DNA of 64,000 bases from an uncultured Gammaproteobacteria bacterium (GCA_964535655.1 CAZHTP010000001.1:250862-314861), one strand, 5' to 3'. Positions 31,685 through 41,591 are shown, counted from the first letter of the stretch. The notes: generated by a model from the letters alone, not told the origin. Numbers and translations: made by a program.

Positions 31685-32889
31685 TGTTTGACTACTTCGA
31701 TTGCCTTGATTAACTGTGGATCGCGTTTATTCAAAACATCCTCTTCTGTCAATTTTACCTCATAGTCTGGTTTTAGTCCAATTTTGTGTATCCATTTACC
31801 TGAAGGTAATAGCCATTTAGCTGTGGTAATGTGTAGTCCGGCTCCTCCAGAGAGGTTTTCTACTTCTTGCACGGTACCTTTGCCAAAGGAGTTTTCCCCT
31901 ACTAATTTAGCTATCCCACGATCCTGCAGGGCACCACCAACAATTTCTGAAGCCGACGCTGAGCCTTTGTTGATTAGCACTACAGTCTTAATCCCACCTA
32001 ATCGAGGTGAGTGATCTGCTTGCTCTTTTGACCTCTCACCTTTATAGTTTTCTGACCCCACGACTGTCCCGGTCATGAAGTCTGAATTAATAAATTTTGC
32101 TGTATCCAAGTAACCTCCTGGATTATTTCGTACATCTAAGACTAGTTTTTTGACATTTCCTTTTACTATTTGGTTGACTGCGTCATTCCATTCAGATTTG
32201 GTTTGATCACCAAACCGATTAATTGTTACATGCGCAATGGTATTGTTTTCGAGAAGCTCGATTTCTACACTTTTTATGATAATCGAATCTCGAATGATTT
32301 CTACATCCTTAAGATCTTTATCATTCTCGTGCTGAATTTTAAGTTTAACTTTTGTGCCTTTGGGACCTTTAATCTGATCTACTGCTTCCGGAAGAGAAAT
32401 TCCTACTGTATCTTTGTCATTAATCATCCAGATATTGTCTCCGGCGCGTAATCCGGCACGTTCTCCCGGTGTATCCTTAAGTGGAGAGATTACTACAAGC
32501 TGCTTATCTTTATTAAATCCCAATTGAACGCCAATACCTTCAAATGTACCACCAAGTTCCTCATTCACGTCATTATTTTGCTTGGCATTTAAATATACTG
32601 AATAGGGATCATCAAGGGCTGTTACTAGTCCTGCAGTAGCGCCCTCGATTAATTTCTGGCTATCGATTTTATCTTTTTCGACATATTTACTTCGAACGAT
32701 GTTATATACTTCCCAGAAGCGGGACATATTGGGAGATTTATTGGTATCGTTAGAAACAAATGGTATAGTAGGCAATGAAGATCCATATATGGAATTACTA
32801 TTGGTCCCAAGTTTCCAACCAATTAACAATGAAATGATACTGGTGGCACCAAGCGAGATAATCCATTTTTGATACGGTGATAAAGACAT
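31681..32889 (-). CDS. ctpA: Carboxyl-terminal processing protease (S41 family, Ctp/Prc-like) with a PDZ domain.
   Basis: VLINKGSASASEIVGGALQDRGIAKLVGENSFGKGTVQ (catalytic Ser/Lys region), PDZ (GDNIWMINDKD) and an N-terminal TM. Confidence 0.85.
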   Translation of the reverse strand: MSLSPYQKWIISLGATSIISLLIGWKLGTNSNSIYGSSLPTIPFVSNDTNKSPNMSRFWEVYNIVRSKYVEKDKIDSQKLIEGATAGLVTALDDPYSVYLNAKQNNDVNEELGGTFEGIGVQLGFNKDKQLVVISPLKDTPGERAGLRAGDNIWMINDKDTVGISLPEAVDQIKGPKGTKVKLKIQHENDKDLKDVEIIRDSIIIKSVEIELLENNTIAHVTINRFGDQTKSEWNDAVNQIVKGNVKKLVLDVRNNPGGYLDTAKFINSDFMTGTVVGSENYKGERSKEQADHSPRLGGIKTVVLINKGSASASEIVGGALQDRGIAKLVGENSFGKGTVQEVENLSGGAGLHITTAKWLLPSGKWIHKIGLKPDYEVKLTEEDVLNKRDPQLIKAIEVVKQ

Positions 32890-32929
32890 AAAAGCTATTG
32901 TAGCGGGTGGCTTTGAAGTTGTCCAGTGA

Positions 32930-33976
32930 TCATTCTACGATTTCAATATTATTTTGAGGAATTATGTATTCATTATTATTAAAACTTATTTTGATTGCGG
33001 CTGCTTTAATACCAGAACGAAATTTATATTGAGGGAGTAACTCTGTCACAAGTCCAACTTCACCTAAGGATTGGTCAAATACTATGCGGACTTTTGTATT
33101 GATTGTCAGTGAGCGATCCTCGTCGGGTGGGTTTTGTTTCGCGTCAGTTTTATCAAGTGGAATAATAATATTGTTGTCATGGCCACTGATAAAACAATAA
33201 TAATTTTCGTATTTTAGCAGTTCGTTATATAGATCTGTGTTGATGGGAATAGTTCCGAATCCTTCGAGTGCAACAATTGTAATGCCTATATCACTTTGAG
33301 TGCCGATTGCGGTTAAATCTTGATACTCTACTCCTCCTGTAACAAAGCCCATAACACCTAAATTTATTGCCCGTGCTAGTGCTGCTTTAGGAAGCATACT
33401 TCCTCCGCACAGAATTTTCCCTGCATGCTCTTCTTTAATCATATGTTCTTTAATTACCTCGTGTTTTGAAGCTATGACTTTAATACTTCCTTCCCGATCA
33501 AAGCCTCGACCCAACTTACCCTGAATTTGAACTACCTGTGTTTCAATATCTATCGAGGTGTTGTCGATAATGTTTATTACTTTGCCCCATACTCCGGCGG
33601 GAATGCTTTCGGCACGCTTTGTGATTTTGAACATTACCTGTCCGTTTTTGGTGTTGATGTTATCAATTATTCCATCAATAGAAGCATAAACACGGTCAGA
33701 TTCTTTTTTAAACAGTTGCTTTCTTTCGGCAAGAATCTCGCCTTTATAAATGCGTTCTCCGATTCGACGGATAATGTAATTAGCTGCTTTGGCTGGAGCT
33801 ACTCCTAGTTGTAAGGCGGTATTCACAATATGAAAGCCTGCCGCTTGATTATATTCGCCAAGCAAATCGGCCGGAGTAACAAGCTCTCCGTTTTCAACGA
33901 ATATTTTACCTTTACCAGGCAATTTTCTGGTGATAATTTTTTTTGGTACTTTTTGAATTCTTAGAAACGGTTTCAT
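32930..33976 (-). CDS. Hypothetical protein; the N-terminus suggests a barrel-sandwich-hybrid (biotin/lipoyl-like) fold.
   Basis: 348 aa; segments ...GKIFVENGELVTPADLLGEY..., GERIYKGEILAERK and VYASIDGIIDNIN resemble hybrid-barrel motifs. No catalytic signature recognised. Confidence 0.35.
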   Translation of the reverse strand: MKPFLRIQKVPKKIITRKLPGKGKIFVENGELVTPADLLGEYNQAAGFHIVNTALQLGVAPAKAANYIIRRIGERIYKGEILAERKQLFKKESDRVYASIDGIIDNINTKNGQVMFKITKRAESIPAGVWGKVINIIDNTSIDIETQVVQIQGKLGRGFDREGSIKVIASKHEVIKEHMIKEEHAGKILCGGSMLPKAALARAINLGVMGFVTGGVEYQDLTAIGTQSDIGITIVALEGFGTIPINTDLYNELLKYENYYCFISGHDNNIIIPLDKTDAKQNPPDEDRSLTINTKVRIVFDQSLGEVGLVTELLPQYKFRSGIKAAAIKISFNNNEYIIPQNNIEIVE

Positions 33977-33978
33977 CT

Positions 33979-34653
33979 TTATCCTTCGTTATAAATTAAG
34001 TCAAAGCTTTCGAGCCAGGTTGCCGATAATTTTTTAGAGACTTCGGTTGATGAGCGAACCAGCACGTCATTCTCTCGTGTATCAATGATCAACCCGATTT
34101 TACTGCGCGGAATTGTGAATGGTTTATGTTGAATAATAGAGGTGTTTCCGGTAGTTAGTGCTAGGGTTAGGCGTAAGTGATTTTCGGAAGGGGTTGGAAT
34201 TTTTATAATCTCTTGAGAGGAAAGGTGAATTACCTGCTTCTCTGTTAGTTCAAAGTCTACTGCGCATATTCCCCGGACAGATCCGTTTTTTGGGTGTATC
34301 TGCAATACTGTTGACAGTAATTCACTGTCACTAGATTTTTTTATGTTACAGATGTCGGGCAAAATTATGCTATCGATGCATATACTGACGCTTTCTTCGT
34401 CGCTTGCTGCAATGTTGGTGATTTCCGGAGGTATTATGCACACTTCTTTACTTTCAGCTTTTTTCTGTTTGATTAATATTTCTTTTATGATTGCTTGTAA
34501 AATAATTTTGCTTCGCTGTGTTGTGGGAATTCCGTTGGGAGTGAGTGAATAATTGCCGATGTAGTTGCTGATTTCAGATAAGCTGATGGCAAAGGGTATG
34601 CGTTTTTGTATCGCGATTGGCGAAATTGCCGCAATTTCTTGAGGAGTCCACAT
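33979..34653 (-). CDS. Hypothetical protein (soluble), tightly coupled to the downstream hypothetical.
   Basis: 224 aa, no TM; the stop is 2 nt from the start of the 32930-33976 gene. No recognisable motif. Confidence 0.35.
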   Translation of the reverse strand: MWTPQEIAAISPIAIQKRIPFAISLSEISNYIGNYSLTPNGIPTTQRSKIILQAIIKEILIKQKKAESKEVCIIPPEITNIAASDEESVSICIDSIILPDICNIKKSSDSELLSTVLQIHPKNGSVRGICAVDFELTEKQVIHLSSQEIIKIPTPSENHLRLTLALTTGNTSIIQHKPFTIPRSKIGLIIDTRENDVLVRSSTEVSKKLSATWLESFDLIYNEG

Positions 34654-34850
34654 ATAAGTACAGGTTAAAGGGTTTTTAACTTAGCGTCAAGGTTATTCGG
34701 TTCTGTATGTGATTGAGAGTTCGCTGCTCAGAAATTTGAAGTTTAAGGCTATTTTCCTTTGTGTTCTTCTGCTCTCGTTATCGTACTTCTTTAGCGTTTC
34801 TCCAGGACGGATGCAAATTTCTTGCGCTACGAATCTCTCAATCACTATAA

Positions 34851-34884
34851 AAAAAGCTCCGATCTCTCGAAGCTTTAATTGTTT
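34851..34884 (-). terminator. Rho-independent terminator after rpsR (end of the rpsF-ssb-rpsR unit).
   Basis: Minus-strand RNA AAAGCUUCGA-GAGA-UCGGAGCUUU: a 10-bp stem with one G.U, followed by a U-run (UUUUUUUAU). Confidence 0.5.
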
Positions 34885-34898
34885 TATATTCTTGTGAA

Positions 34899-35129
34899 TT
34901 ATCCCCGTGCAACGAATGGGAGAAGTGCAAGGTGGCGTGCGCGTTTAACTGCGATTGCTACCTGTCTTTGGTATTTGCTGGAAGTGCCGGTTCGTGCTTT
35001 GGGCAAGATCTTTCCGCGATCAGAAACAAGTTTTCTTAATCGGTTGATATCTTTGTAATCGGGAGTAACGCCTTCATCAGTGAATTGGCATGTTCTCTTT
35101 TTGAAATAGGTTTTTCTTTGCATTGCCAT
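34899..35129 (-). CDS. rpsR: Ribosomal protein S18.
   Basis: ...[63 protein letters not shown]. Confidence 0.9.
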   Translation of the reverse strand: MAMQRKTYFKKRTCQFTDEGVTPDYKDINRLRKLVSDRGKILPKARTGTSSKYQRQVAIAVKRARHLALLPFVARG

Positions 35130-35152
35130 ATGATTTCTCCTTAAATGTGACT

Positions 35153-35632
35153 TTAAAATGGTATGTCGTCAATATTAATTTTTTCATCCATTGGTTCGCG
35201 TCCTGGTTTTATTGCTGTTACAGCGTCTCCGACTGGTGGTGTAACATCATCTTGCACATCGTCCATGCGAGCTATGCCACTGGCTTCAGGTTTTTTGCTG
35301 TCGAGTAGGATCATGTCCTCTATAACAATTTCGGTTGTGCTTCTTTGCTGTCCATCCGCTGTTTCCCATGAACGGGTTTGCAGACGACCTTCGATATAGA
35401 CTTTACGTCCTTTGGTTAAAAGCTGAGAGCAAAGTTCTGCAAGTTTACCCCATGCAACGAGTTTGTGGTATTCAGTTTCTTCACGGCGTTCCTGTCCTTC
35501 TGAAGGAACCCAGGAACGGTTGGTGGCGAGGCCGAAGGTACAAACTGCATTTCCCTGTTGAATGTACTTGAGTTCGGGATCTCGAGTTAAGTTACCTATT
35601 AGTTGTACTTTGTTTAATGATCGTGAAGCCAT
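35153..35632 (-). CDS. ssb: Single-stranded DNA-binding protein.
   Basis: [41 protein letters not shown] (OB fold) and the C-terminal acidic tail ...DDIPF. Confidence 0.9.
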   Translation of the reverse strand: MASRSLNKVQLIGNLTRDPELKYIQQGNAVCTFGLATNRSWVPSEGQERREETEYHKLVAWGKLAELCSQLLTKGRKVYIEGRLQTRSWETADGQQRSTTEIVIEDMILLDSKKPEASGIARMDDVQDDVTPPVGDAVTAIKPGREPMDEKINIDDIPF

Positions 35633-35644
35633 GCCGTCCTCCTC

Positions 35645-35932
35645 TTACTTATTAGCCTTAATGAGTAAATATCTAATGATATCGTCGTTGATTTTGACTC
35701 GGTAGTCAATATCTTTTATTGCTTCTTTTTTGGAATTGAATGTAAATAATACGTAGACACCTTCGGTGTATTTTTTGATAGGATAGGCCAATTCTCGACG
35801 TCCCCACATGTCGCGGGAAAGAATGGTGCCACCTGGTGTGGTGATGAGCTCTTCTACTTTAGTCAGGACCTTATCGCGCTCTTCTTCGGTAAGTTCCGGC
35901 CGTACGATGACGGTAAGTTCATATTTATCCAT
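35645..35932 (-). CDS. rpsF: Ribosomal protein S6.
   Basis: MDKYELTVIVRPELTEEERDKVLTKVEELITTPGGTILSRDMWGRRELAYPI. Confidence 0.9.
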   Translation of the reverse strand: MDKYELTVIVRPELTEEERDKVLTKVEELITTPGGTILSRDMWGRRELAYPIKKYTEGVYVLFTFNSKKEAIKDIDYRVKINDDIIRYLLIKANK

Positions 35933-36020
35933 TACATTATAATCCTTTCAGCCTGAACCTAGGATAATGGGACCTCAGGTCTTGCTAATTGGTGAGACCT
36001 TCGGGGTTAAGACTTTGGAG

Positions 36021-36049
36021 AATATATCATTTTTGAGGGAAAAAGGCAA
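36021..36049 (-). promoter_or_regulatory. Sigma70-like promoter for the rpsF-ssb-rpsR operon.
   Basis: Minus strand TTGCCT - 17 nt - TATATT, ~85 nt upstream of the rpsF ATG. The 5' leader contains the hairpin AGGUCU-N12-AGACCU. Confidence 0.4.
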
Positions 36050-36059
36050 GATTATGCTA

Positions 36060-36479
36060 CTATTCTTTTTTATATGGATTTGTGATGGATGCAATGGCAA
36101 TTGAAATTAGAATTGTGCCTGGATTAATTATAAGAAATCCAAGGACCCAAATACGTATCATGAATGGAAGTAGGCACAAATATGTTCCCATGATAAGACA
36201 ATAATAAAGCGTTGCTTTTTTGAGGATTTTTGGTTCCTCTTTTTCCAAAGTGGTGAATGTTTTGCCTATAACATTAAGATTACTTATGGTTCCAATAATA
36301 AGCAGGGCATAATACCCGTAGAATAGTGCTGCAATAATGCCCCATCCATCTACGAACCCTTCAATAAGTAAAACAAATACGGTTACAATTACGGCTAATG
36401 TTAGTGGATAGAAAAAGCTCCATTTTGCCACTATTCCTAAAATTTGGCTGTCCCAATTCTTGTTGTGTGTACTTTTCAT
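36060..36479 (-). CDS. Small hypothetical membrane protein (4 TM).
   Basis: ORF 36060..36644 overlaps the 3' end of ychF. The internal start MKSTHNKNW at 36479 lies just after the ychF stop. Hydrophobic. Confidence 0.45.
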   Translation of the reverse strand: MKSTHNKNWDSQILGIVAKWSFFYPLTLAVIVTVFVLLIEGFVDGWGIIAALFYGYYALLIIGTISNLNVIGKTFTTLEKEEPKILKKATLYYCLIMGTYLCLLPFMIRIWVLGFLIINPGTILISIAIASITNPYKKE

Positions 36480-36486
36480 AGGGTAC

Positions 36487-37566
36487 CTAGCTATTAACTT
36501 TAAATTCGATAACATCTCCATCTTGGACGATATATTCTTTACCTTCGATGCGGAGCCATCCGTTTTCGCGGGCTTTTGTATAGCTTCCGGCTTCAACCAA
36601 TTTTTGCCAGTTAATTGTTTCGGCTTTGATAAATCCTTTTTCAAAATCGGTATGAATAACTGCAGCGGCTTTAGGAGCTTTAGTGCTCTTTTTAATTGTC
36701 CAGGCTCTAACTTCCTTGGGCCCAGCAGTTAGAAAGCTTTGAAGACCAAGAATATCATATGCTTTTTTTGCCAATCGGTGCAGTCCTGATTGTTTAAGAC
36801 CTAGTGATTCGAGATATTCTTTTGATTCAGTTTCATCTAGATTTGCGAGCTCCGATTCGATCTTGGCAGAGATGATTAGTTCATTTTCTTTGTCAGATAC
36901 CCGTGCTGCTTCTGATTCGTCGACATTATAGACATAGATCATTGGTTTTGTGGTAATGAGCGGGAGATTGCCTATGGCGGAGCGTTCTTCATCGGCAAGT
37001 TTAGTCTCCGAGGCAAGTTTCCCTTCGTCCAGAGATACTTTAATTCGTTTCAGAGCATCAATACGCATTTGGGTGGTGGCTTTATCCATGGTTACCCGTT
37101 TAAGATCAGTAATTGCATTGTCGATGAGCTTATTCATTGTTTCCATATCGGCTAAAATAAGCTCAGTGTTGATTGTTTCGATGTCGGATTTAGGGTTCTC
37201 TCCTGTTTGCACTACATCAGCGTCGGAGAATTCTCGTACTACTTGGGCGATGGCGTCAACCTCACGAATATGGCTGAGAAATTTATTGCCCAGGCCTTGT
37301 CCTTCGGACGCACCTTTAACGATACCCGCAATATCGATGAATTTGATTGTAGCTGGAACAATCTTGAAGCCCTTGTCCAATCCTTCTGACTTCTCAATTA
37401 CTTCTTTAAGTTCTTCTAACCGAGAATCTGGAACATCAACGATACCGGTATTTGGTTCGATTGTTGCGAAGGGATAATTTGCTGCCAAGGCTACCTGTTT
37501 TTTAAGCAGGGCGTTAAATAATGTTGATTTACCTACATTTGGTAGGCCGACAATGCCGATTTCCAT
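36487..37566 (-). CDS. ychF: Ribosome-binding ATPase YchF (Obg-family GTPase).
   Basis: [20 protein letters not shown] (G1), [12 protein letters not shown] (G3), and a C-terminal TGS domain ...[13 protein letters not shown]. Confidence 0.9.
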   Translation of the reverse strand: MEIGIVGLPNVGKSTLFNALLKKQVALAANYPFATIEPNTGIVDVPDSRLEELKEVIEKSEGLDKGFKIVPATIKFIDIAGIVKGASEGQGLGNKFLSHIREVDAIAQVVREFSDADVVQTGENPKSDIETINTELILADMETMNKLIDNAITDLKRVTMDKATTQMRIDALKRIKVSLDEGKLASETKLADEERSAIGNLPLITTKPMIYVYNVDESEAARVSDKENELIISAKIESELANLDETESKEYLESLGLKQSGLHRLAKKAYDILGLQSFLTAGPKEVRAWTIKKSTKAPKAAAVIHTDFEKGFIKAETINWQKLVEAGSYTKARENGWLRIEGKEYIVQDGDVIEFKVNS

Positions 37567-38414
37567 AAATATCTCCCATGTTTTCGGTAGTGAGTGGGAT
37601 ATGTCCTTGAACGTCTACCGAACCATCTCCTTTGATTGTAACTTTCTCAATAACGTCTCGAATAACCTTTATTTTCTCTATAGTATCGAGTGATTGTAAT
37701 ACTCTTTGTGCTTCTGCGCAAATGTCATCGAGGTCAATTCTTTGTGGCACGGCTATTTCGTGCGTATTTTCGATACTATCTAATTGAGTCTGGAATAATT
37801 CCTGCTTCTTTTTTGATTTTTTGGTTAGTTCTTTGAATTGTTCAAAATCTAGAGCTTGTTCACCGTAAGCTCGTGCATATCGCAGTTCTTCATCTTTTGC
37901 TTTAGTTATGAGTGTAAGTATCTTTTCCTTCTCTTGTTTAAGGATCATTATTGTATCTTGTTGCGATTCTGACCATATTTTTCCATGTTTTCGCAGAAGT
38001 TCAGGGTTAGTTAAAAGTTTAAGTAATTCTTGCCAGAATTTTTCGTCTAACGCAGGAACGAGCCAATCTTCTCGTGGTCGCTCGATTCTACTGTTTTTTT
38101 TACTGGTTTGTATAAGCTGCTTGTTCGTGATCGTTTGCCTATAATTGCCTCAGTATTGTAGTAGTAGACTTCACCTTTGACATAACTTTCACAACGCAAA
38201 AGTCTTAATAATGGACCATGTGTCCAAAAAGGAGTTTTGCCACGACGTGGGGGAATTTCCTTATCGTATAATCTCTTAATTACTTCCTTCATTGATATTC
38301 GCTCAACCCCTATCCATTCATATATCATTTTGACAATTTGAGCTTCTATTCCATTGACTTCGTAGTGTGCAGGTACAGTATCTGTCTTCTTTATATAATT
38401 ATATCCATATAATG
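37529..38414 (-). pseudogene. Remnant of a large serine recombinase (phage/ICE integrase type). The resolvase catalytic domain is missing and the rest is frameshifted.
   Basis: Frame A (open from the upstream stop to 38047) gives ...EAQIVKMIYEWIGVERISMKEVIKRLYDKEIPPRRGKTPFWTHGPLLRLLRCESYVKGEVYYYNTEAII. This matches the Recombinase domain (eeAeiVr.IFelyl.G.s...Iar.Ln..gi.tp.gk..W....v..iL.np.Y.G). Frame B is open from ~38030 and continues through MILKQEKEK to 37529, giving ...FWQELLKLLTNPELLRKHGKIWSES...DSIENTHEIAVPQRIDLDDICAEAQRVLQSLDTIEKIKVIRDVIEKVTIKGDGSVDVQGHIPL. This is the typical coiled-coil plus 'IEKIxV..dg.ieI' C-terminus of large serine recombinases. The two frames are separated by a +1 frameshift near 38040, and no N-terminal catalytic Ser domain is present. 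Confidence 0.6.
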
Positions 38415-39161
38415 TTATGCCCTTAATAATTCAGGAATTTTCGACTTATATCCTTCTAATGCTAATAAATAGTTGGGCAGATTATCTTGATCGATAAAGA
38501 TTAACTCTTTGAATTCATTATCATTGTGTAGCTCATATTTTGATTTAACTTTTTCACTCGTAATATTTAATTCAGTGGAAAATACTATGCTAATCTGAAA
38601 TTTATCTGTCATAATCATTCCAATTACATTGGATAAACTTACTTCGTTTCGTGATACATTAATTTCTTCAGTTAGCTCTGTAAGTAACACTTCTAAAAGA
38701 TCATTTCCACTTTCAAGTTGTCGTTCATCTTGTGAAAGTACACCTCCAACAAGATCAATTTTATTTTGATTTATCGTGTTACCACTCAAATTTCCGAATA
38801 TAAATTTATTGTCTTTGGTTTTCACTAGAGATGAAACAAATAGTCCATTTGTATAGTATTTCTCACCGAGCGCAATTATTTCTTTCTTATAGTCCGTTGT
38901 ACTTGTCGCAATACTGTATGGAATAGTGGATATTGATAGAAATAAAGAATTGTCCGAATATTCCGAGTTTTCGAGTCTGTACATTTGCGAATCCCATGCC
39001 CTAGCTCCCTCCTCTTTTGCTTTCTTAAGCGTATTCTCCCAAACCATCTTGAGCTTCGTTTCTAACTCTGTGTTTATTTCGCGAGATGAGCTATTGATTC
39101 TTTTTATTTTAATCTGCTGGACTGGGATAGTTGCTTTAAAAATTATTTTTGGAAGATTCAT
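38415..39161 (-). CDS. Hypothetical protein, possibly a degenerate Nudix-like fold.
   Basis: The segment GGVLSQDERQLESGNDLLEVLLTELTEEINV loosely resembles a Nudix box (GG...E...... RELxEExG) but with substitutions. ORF 38415..39200; the start MNLPKII removes the overlap. Confidence 0.3.
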   Translation of the reverse strand: MNLPKIIFKATIPVQQIKIKRINSSSREINTELETKLKMVWENTLKKAKEEGARAWDSQMYRLENSEYSDNSLFLSISTIPYSIATSTTDYKKEIIALGEKYYTNGLFVSSLVKTKDNKFIFGNLSGNTINQNKIDLVGGVLSQDERQLESGNDLLEVLLTELTEEINVSRNEVSLSNVIGMIMTDKFQISIVFSTELNITSEKVKSKYELHNDNEFKELIFIDQDNLPNYLLALEGYKSKIPELLRA

Positions 39162-39166
39162 AATGA

Positions 39167-39913
39167 CTATCCTAACTCGGTGTGCATTTGTCGTGCCCAT
39201 GCCAGATGGATACGATTATTGATACCGATCCAAGGGCCTTCATTAATCATTCCATAGATAGGTCTTTTTTCGGCAGTGGCTTTTCGATATAAATCAGGGA
39301 TTATAATTTCCTTTTTTTGTTTTTCTCTACTTTCCTCAATTACTCTTGGGATATACTCTCTTAGAAATGCTGTGCTAAAACATGCTGCACCACAAAAGAA
39401 CCCTACATTTCTTTGTCTTCTGATTGTACCTATTGGAAACATTCCAAGCAGCTGATTATCAGCGGCTAAAGCGTAGCCATTCAGATGCGATATGCTGTCA
39501 AAAGTTCTTGATAATAAAACTGAAACGTCTGCTCGTCTTCGTTCGTGAAATCGCAAGAGATTTCCAATTACTTTTTCGTCATCAAATAAACCATCATCAG
39601 CATGCATCATTAAAACTGTTTCGACATCATTTGATAATCCATCCATTCCACTTTGAAGCGAAACTACGGTTCCTTCAAAAGTTTCAGGTTCTCGATACTG
39701 CACATCCGCTCTAAAGTATTCTTCGATTCTTCTTCGTTGATGTTTAACCACTAAAGTAATGTTTTTAGCTCCAAAGGCACATTTATATAACATACCCACT
39801 TCGTGGGCTAGTAACGGTTTTCCTGAAACCTCTACCATAGTTTTCTGATCATCCGTGAGCCCTAATCGCTCTCCTTTTCCAGCAGCTAAAAGTATGGCAT
39901 GTGTTTCGTTCAT
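39167..39913 (-). CDS. Sugar-phosphate nucleotidyltransferase (NTP_transferase family).
   Basis: N-terminus MNETHAILLAAGKGERLG (G-x-G-x-R-L nucleotide-binding loop) with a C-terminal extension of unknown function. Confidence 0.7.
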   Translation of the reverse strand: MNETHAILLAAGKGERLGLTDDQKTMVEVSGKPLLAHEVGMLYKCAFGAKNITLVVKHQRRRIEEYFRADVQYREPETFEGTVVSLQSGMDGLSNDVETVLMMHADDGLFDDEKVIGNLLRFHERRRADVSVLLSRTFDSISHLNGYALAADNQLLGMFPIGTIRRQRNVGFFCGAACFSTAFLREYIPRVIEESREKQKKEIIIPDLYRKATAEKRPIYGMINEGPWIGINNRIHLAWARQMHTELG

Positions 39914-40899
39914 ATTCTTTGAATATCCTTATAGATAGCATTAATTAATTTCATAGTTTCTATTCCGTCAGCTAATGTAACTGCAGGTTTATGCTTATTT
40001 ATAATTGAGTCGATTACATCTCCAATTAACTTTATATGACCTGTTCCATATAAGTGGATTGCGTCATCTATCGTATCGTCTTTGCTGATCCCTTCTACAG
40101 AAGAATATTCAATTACATTAAGTGTCGTACCACCAATTTTTATTGTTCCCTTTTCACCAATTAAAGTAAGAGAAGCTTCGATATGTTTTGGATACGTAAC
40201 TGTTGAACATTCAAAGGAGGCTAAAGATCCATTGGAGAATTTTAATGCGGCAACCATTGAATCCTCAACTTCTGCTCTTGCCCTCAAGTTATTACTAAAT
40301 CCAGTTATCTCTACTGGAACTCCCATATATTTTTTCAGTAAGTCGATGTGATGTATCGCTTGAGTAATTAACGCACCGCCTCCACTTTTTTCTAAATTGC
40401 CGTGCCACGCGTCGTCATAATATTCCTGAGATCTAAACCAACGAACGCAGACGTTTCCAATCAAGATCTTCCCTAACTTATCTTCTGTAAATGCCTTATC
40501 AAGGGTTTTTACGGTGTCATTAAATCTATTTTGAAAGCACACGGAAATTACAGAATGTGAATTCTTCTCAAGCTCAAGAAGTTCATCAAAGTGATTTTGT
40601 TTTAAACATACCGGCTTTTCAATTAAAACATTGATATTCTTGCTTATTATTTGTTTGGCAATTTCAAAATGGGTGAAGTGTGGTGTACAAATTGATATTA
40701 GATCAACATTTTCAGAATCTAATAATTCTTGGGTTGAAGCATAAGTCTTTACATTATATTTATTAGAGAATTCATCTCTTTTTAATTTATCTGTATCTAC
40801 ACCTGCTATTAATTCTGATTCAGGAAGAGTCTTATAACTCTCAGCATGGAATTTTGATACACGACCACACCCTATTACTGCAGTTTTTAGTTTTTTCAT
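39910..40899 (-). CDS. Gfo/Idh/MocA-family NAD(P)-dependent sugar oxidoreductase.
   Basis: MKKLKTAVIGCGRVSKFHAESY Rossmann N-terminus plus the characteristic C-terminal alpha/beta domain. Confidence 0.8.
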   Translation of the reverse strand: MKKLKTAVIGCGRVSKFHAESYKTLPESELIAGVDTDKLKRDEFSNKYNVKTYASTQELLDSENVDLISICTPHFTHFEIAKQIISKNINVLIEKPVCLKQNHFDELLELEKNSHSVISVCFQNRFNDTVKTLDKAFTEDKLGKILIGNVCVRWFRSQEYYDDAWHGNLEKSGGGALITQAIHHIDLLKKYMGVPVEITGFSNNLRARAEVEDSMVAALKFSNGSLASFECSTVTYPKHIEASLTLIGEKGTIKIGGTTLNVIEYSSVEGISKDDTIDDAIHLYGTGHIKLIGDVIDSIINKHKPAVTLADGIETMKLINAIYKDIQRI

Positions 40900-41591
40900 A
40901 CTCTAGGTACCATATTAGATAATATTGCTGCTCTGGCACTCGATGCGACTCGCATAAGCGTATCCACAGCGATCAAATCATTTCGTCCAAAGGCCATTAT
41001 TCCGTGTTTTTCAATTGTGAAAGCAAGTCCGTATCTGCCTGCAAGCTCTTGTTCTCGACCTTTAAATAGTCGAGTTATTTCTGGAAAATATTTTTCAAAT
41101 ACAACATACACATCAGGTCTCTGGATCATTGCTTCAGGAATATTAACGGGATGTGGATTTTTTAAGTACTCCAATTTTTCCTTATGGTCGTCAGGTGAAG
41201 AAACGCAGGGTATCTCACCAATAGCATAAGTTTGATGAAGAATTGGAGGTACTACCATTTTATGGACGGCAAATGCCTGACTGTATGGTTCGTGAGCGTG
41301 TACTATAAAGTTGCAGTGTTCAAACTGTTTAAACATATGGAGATAAATTGGTAGTTCCGAGCATGCCGGATATGTACCTTTTTCAACTGTTTTACCCTCA
41401 TAATCCACAACTACAATATCACCAATAGTAGCTTTCCATTTTCTATACTCGGCAAGACCTGTAGCGGTAACAAGTATATGCTTGTCGGAGACTCGTTGAG
41501 CCATGTCTCCACCTTCGATATTAAGAATATTGAGATTTTTCAGTTCAATGATTAAATCCAATAGTTTCTGTTTCTCTTCCTGGTACATCAT
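40896..41591 (-). CDS. Class II aldolase/adducin-family protein (sugar-phosphate aldolase/epimerase-like).
   Basis: ...ILVTATGLAEYRK...ELPIYLHMFKQFEHCNFIVHAHEPYSQAFAVH, with the metal-binding His cluster. Confidence 0.7.
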   Translation of the reverse strand: MMYQEEKQKLLDLIIELKNLNILNIEGGDMAQRVSDKHILVTATGLAEYRKWKATIGDIVVVDYEGKTVEKGTYPACSELPIYLHMFKQFEHCNFIVHAHEPYSQAFAVHKMVVPPILHQTYAIGEIPCVSSPDDHKEKLEYLKNPHPVNIPEAMIQRPDVYVVFEKYFPEITRLFKGREQELAGRYGLAFTIEKHGIMAFGRNDLIAVDTLMRVASSARAAILSNMVPRV

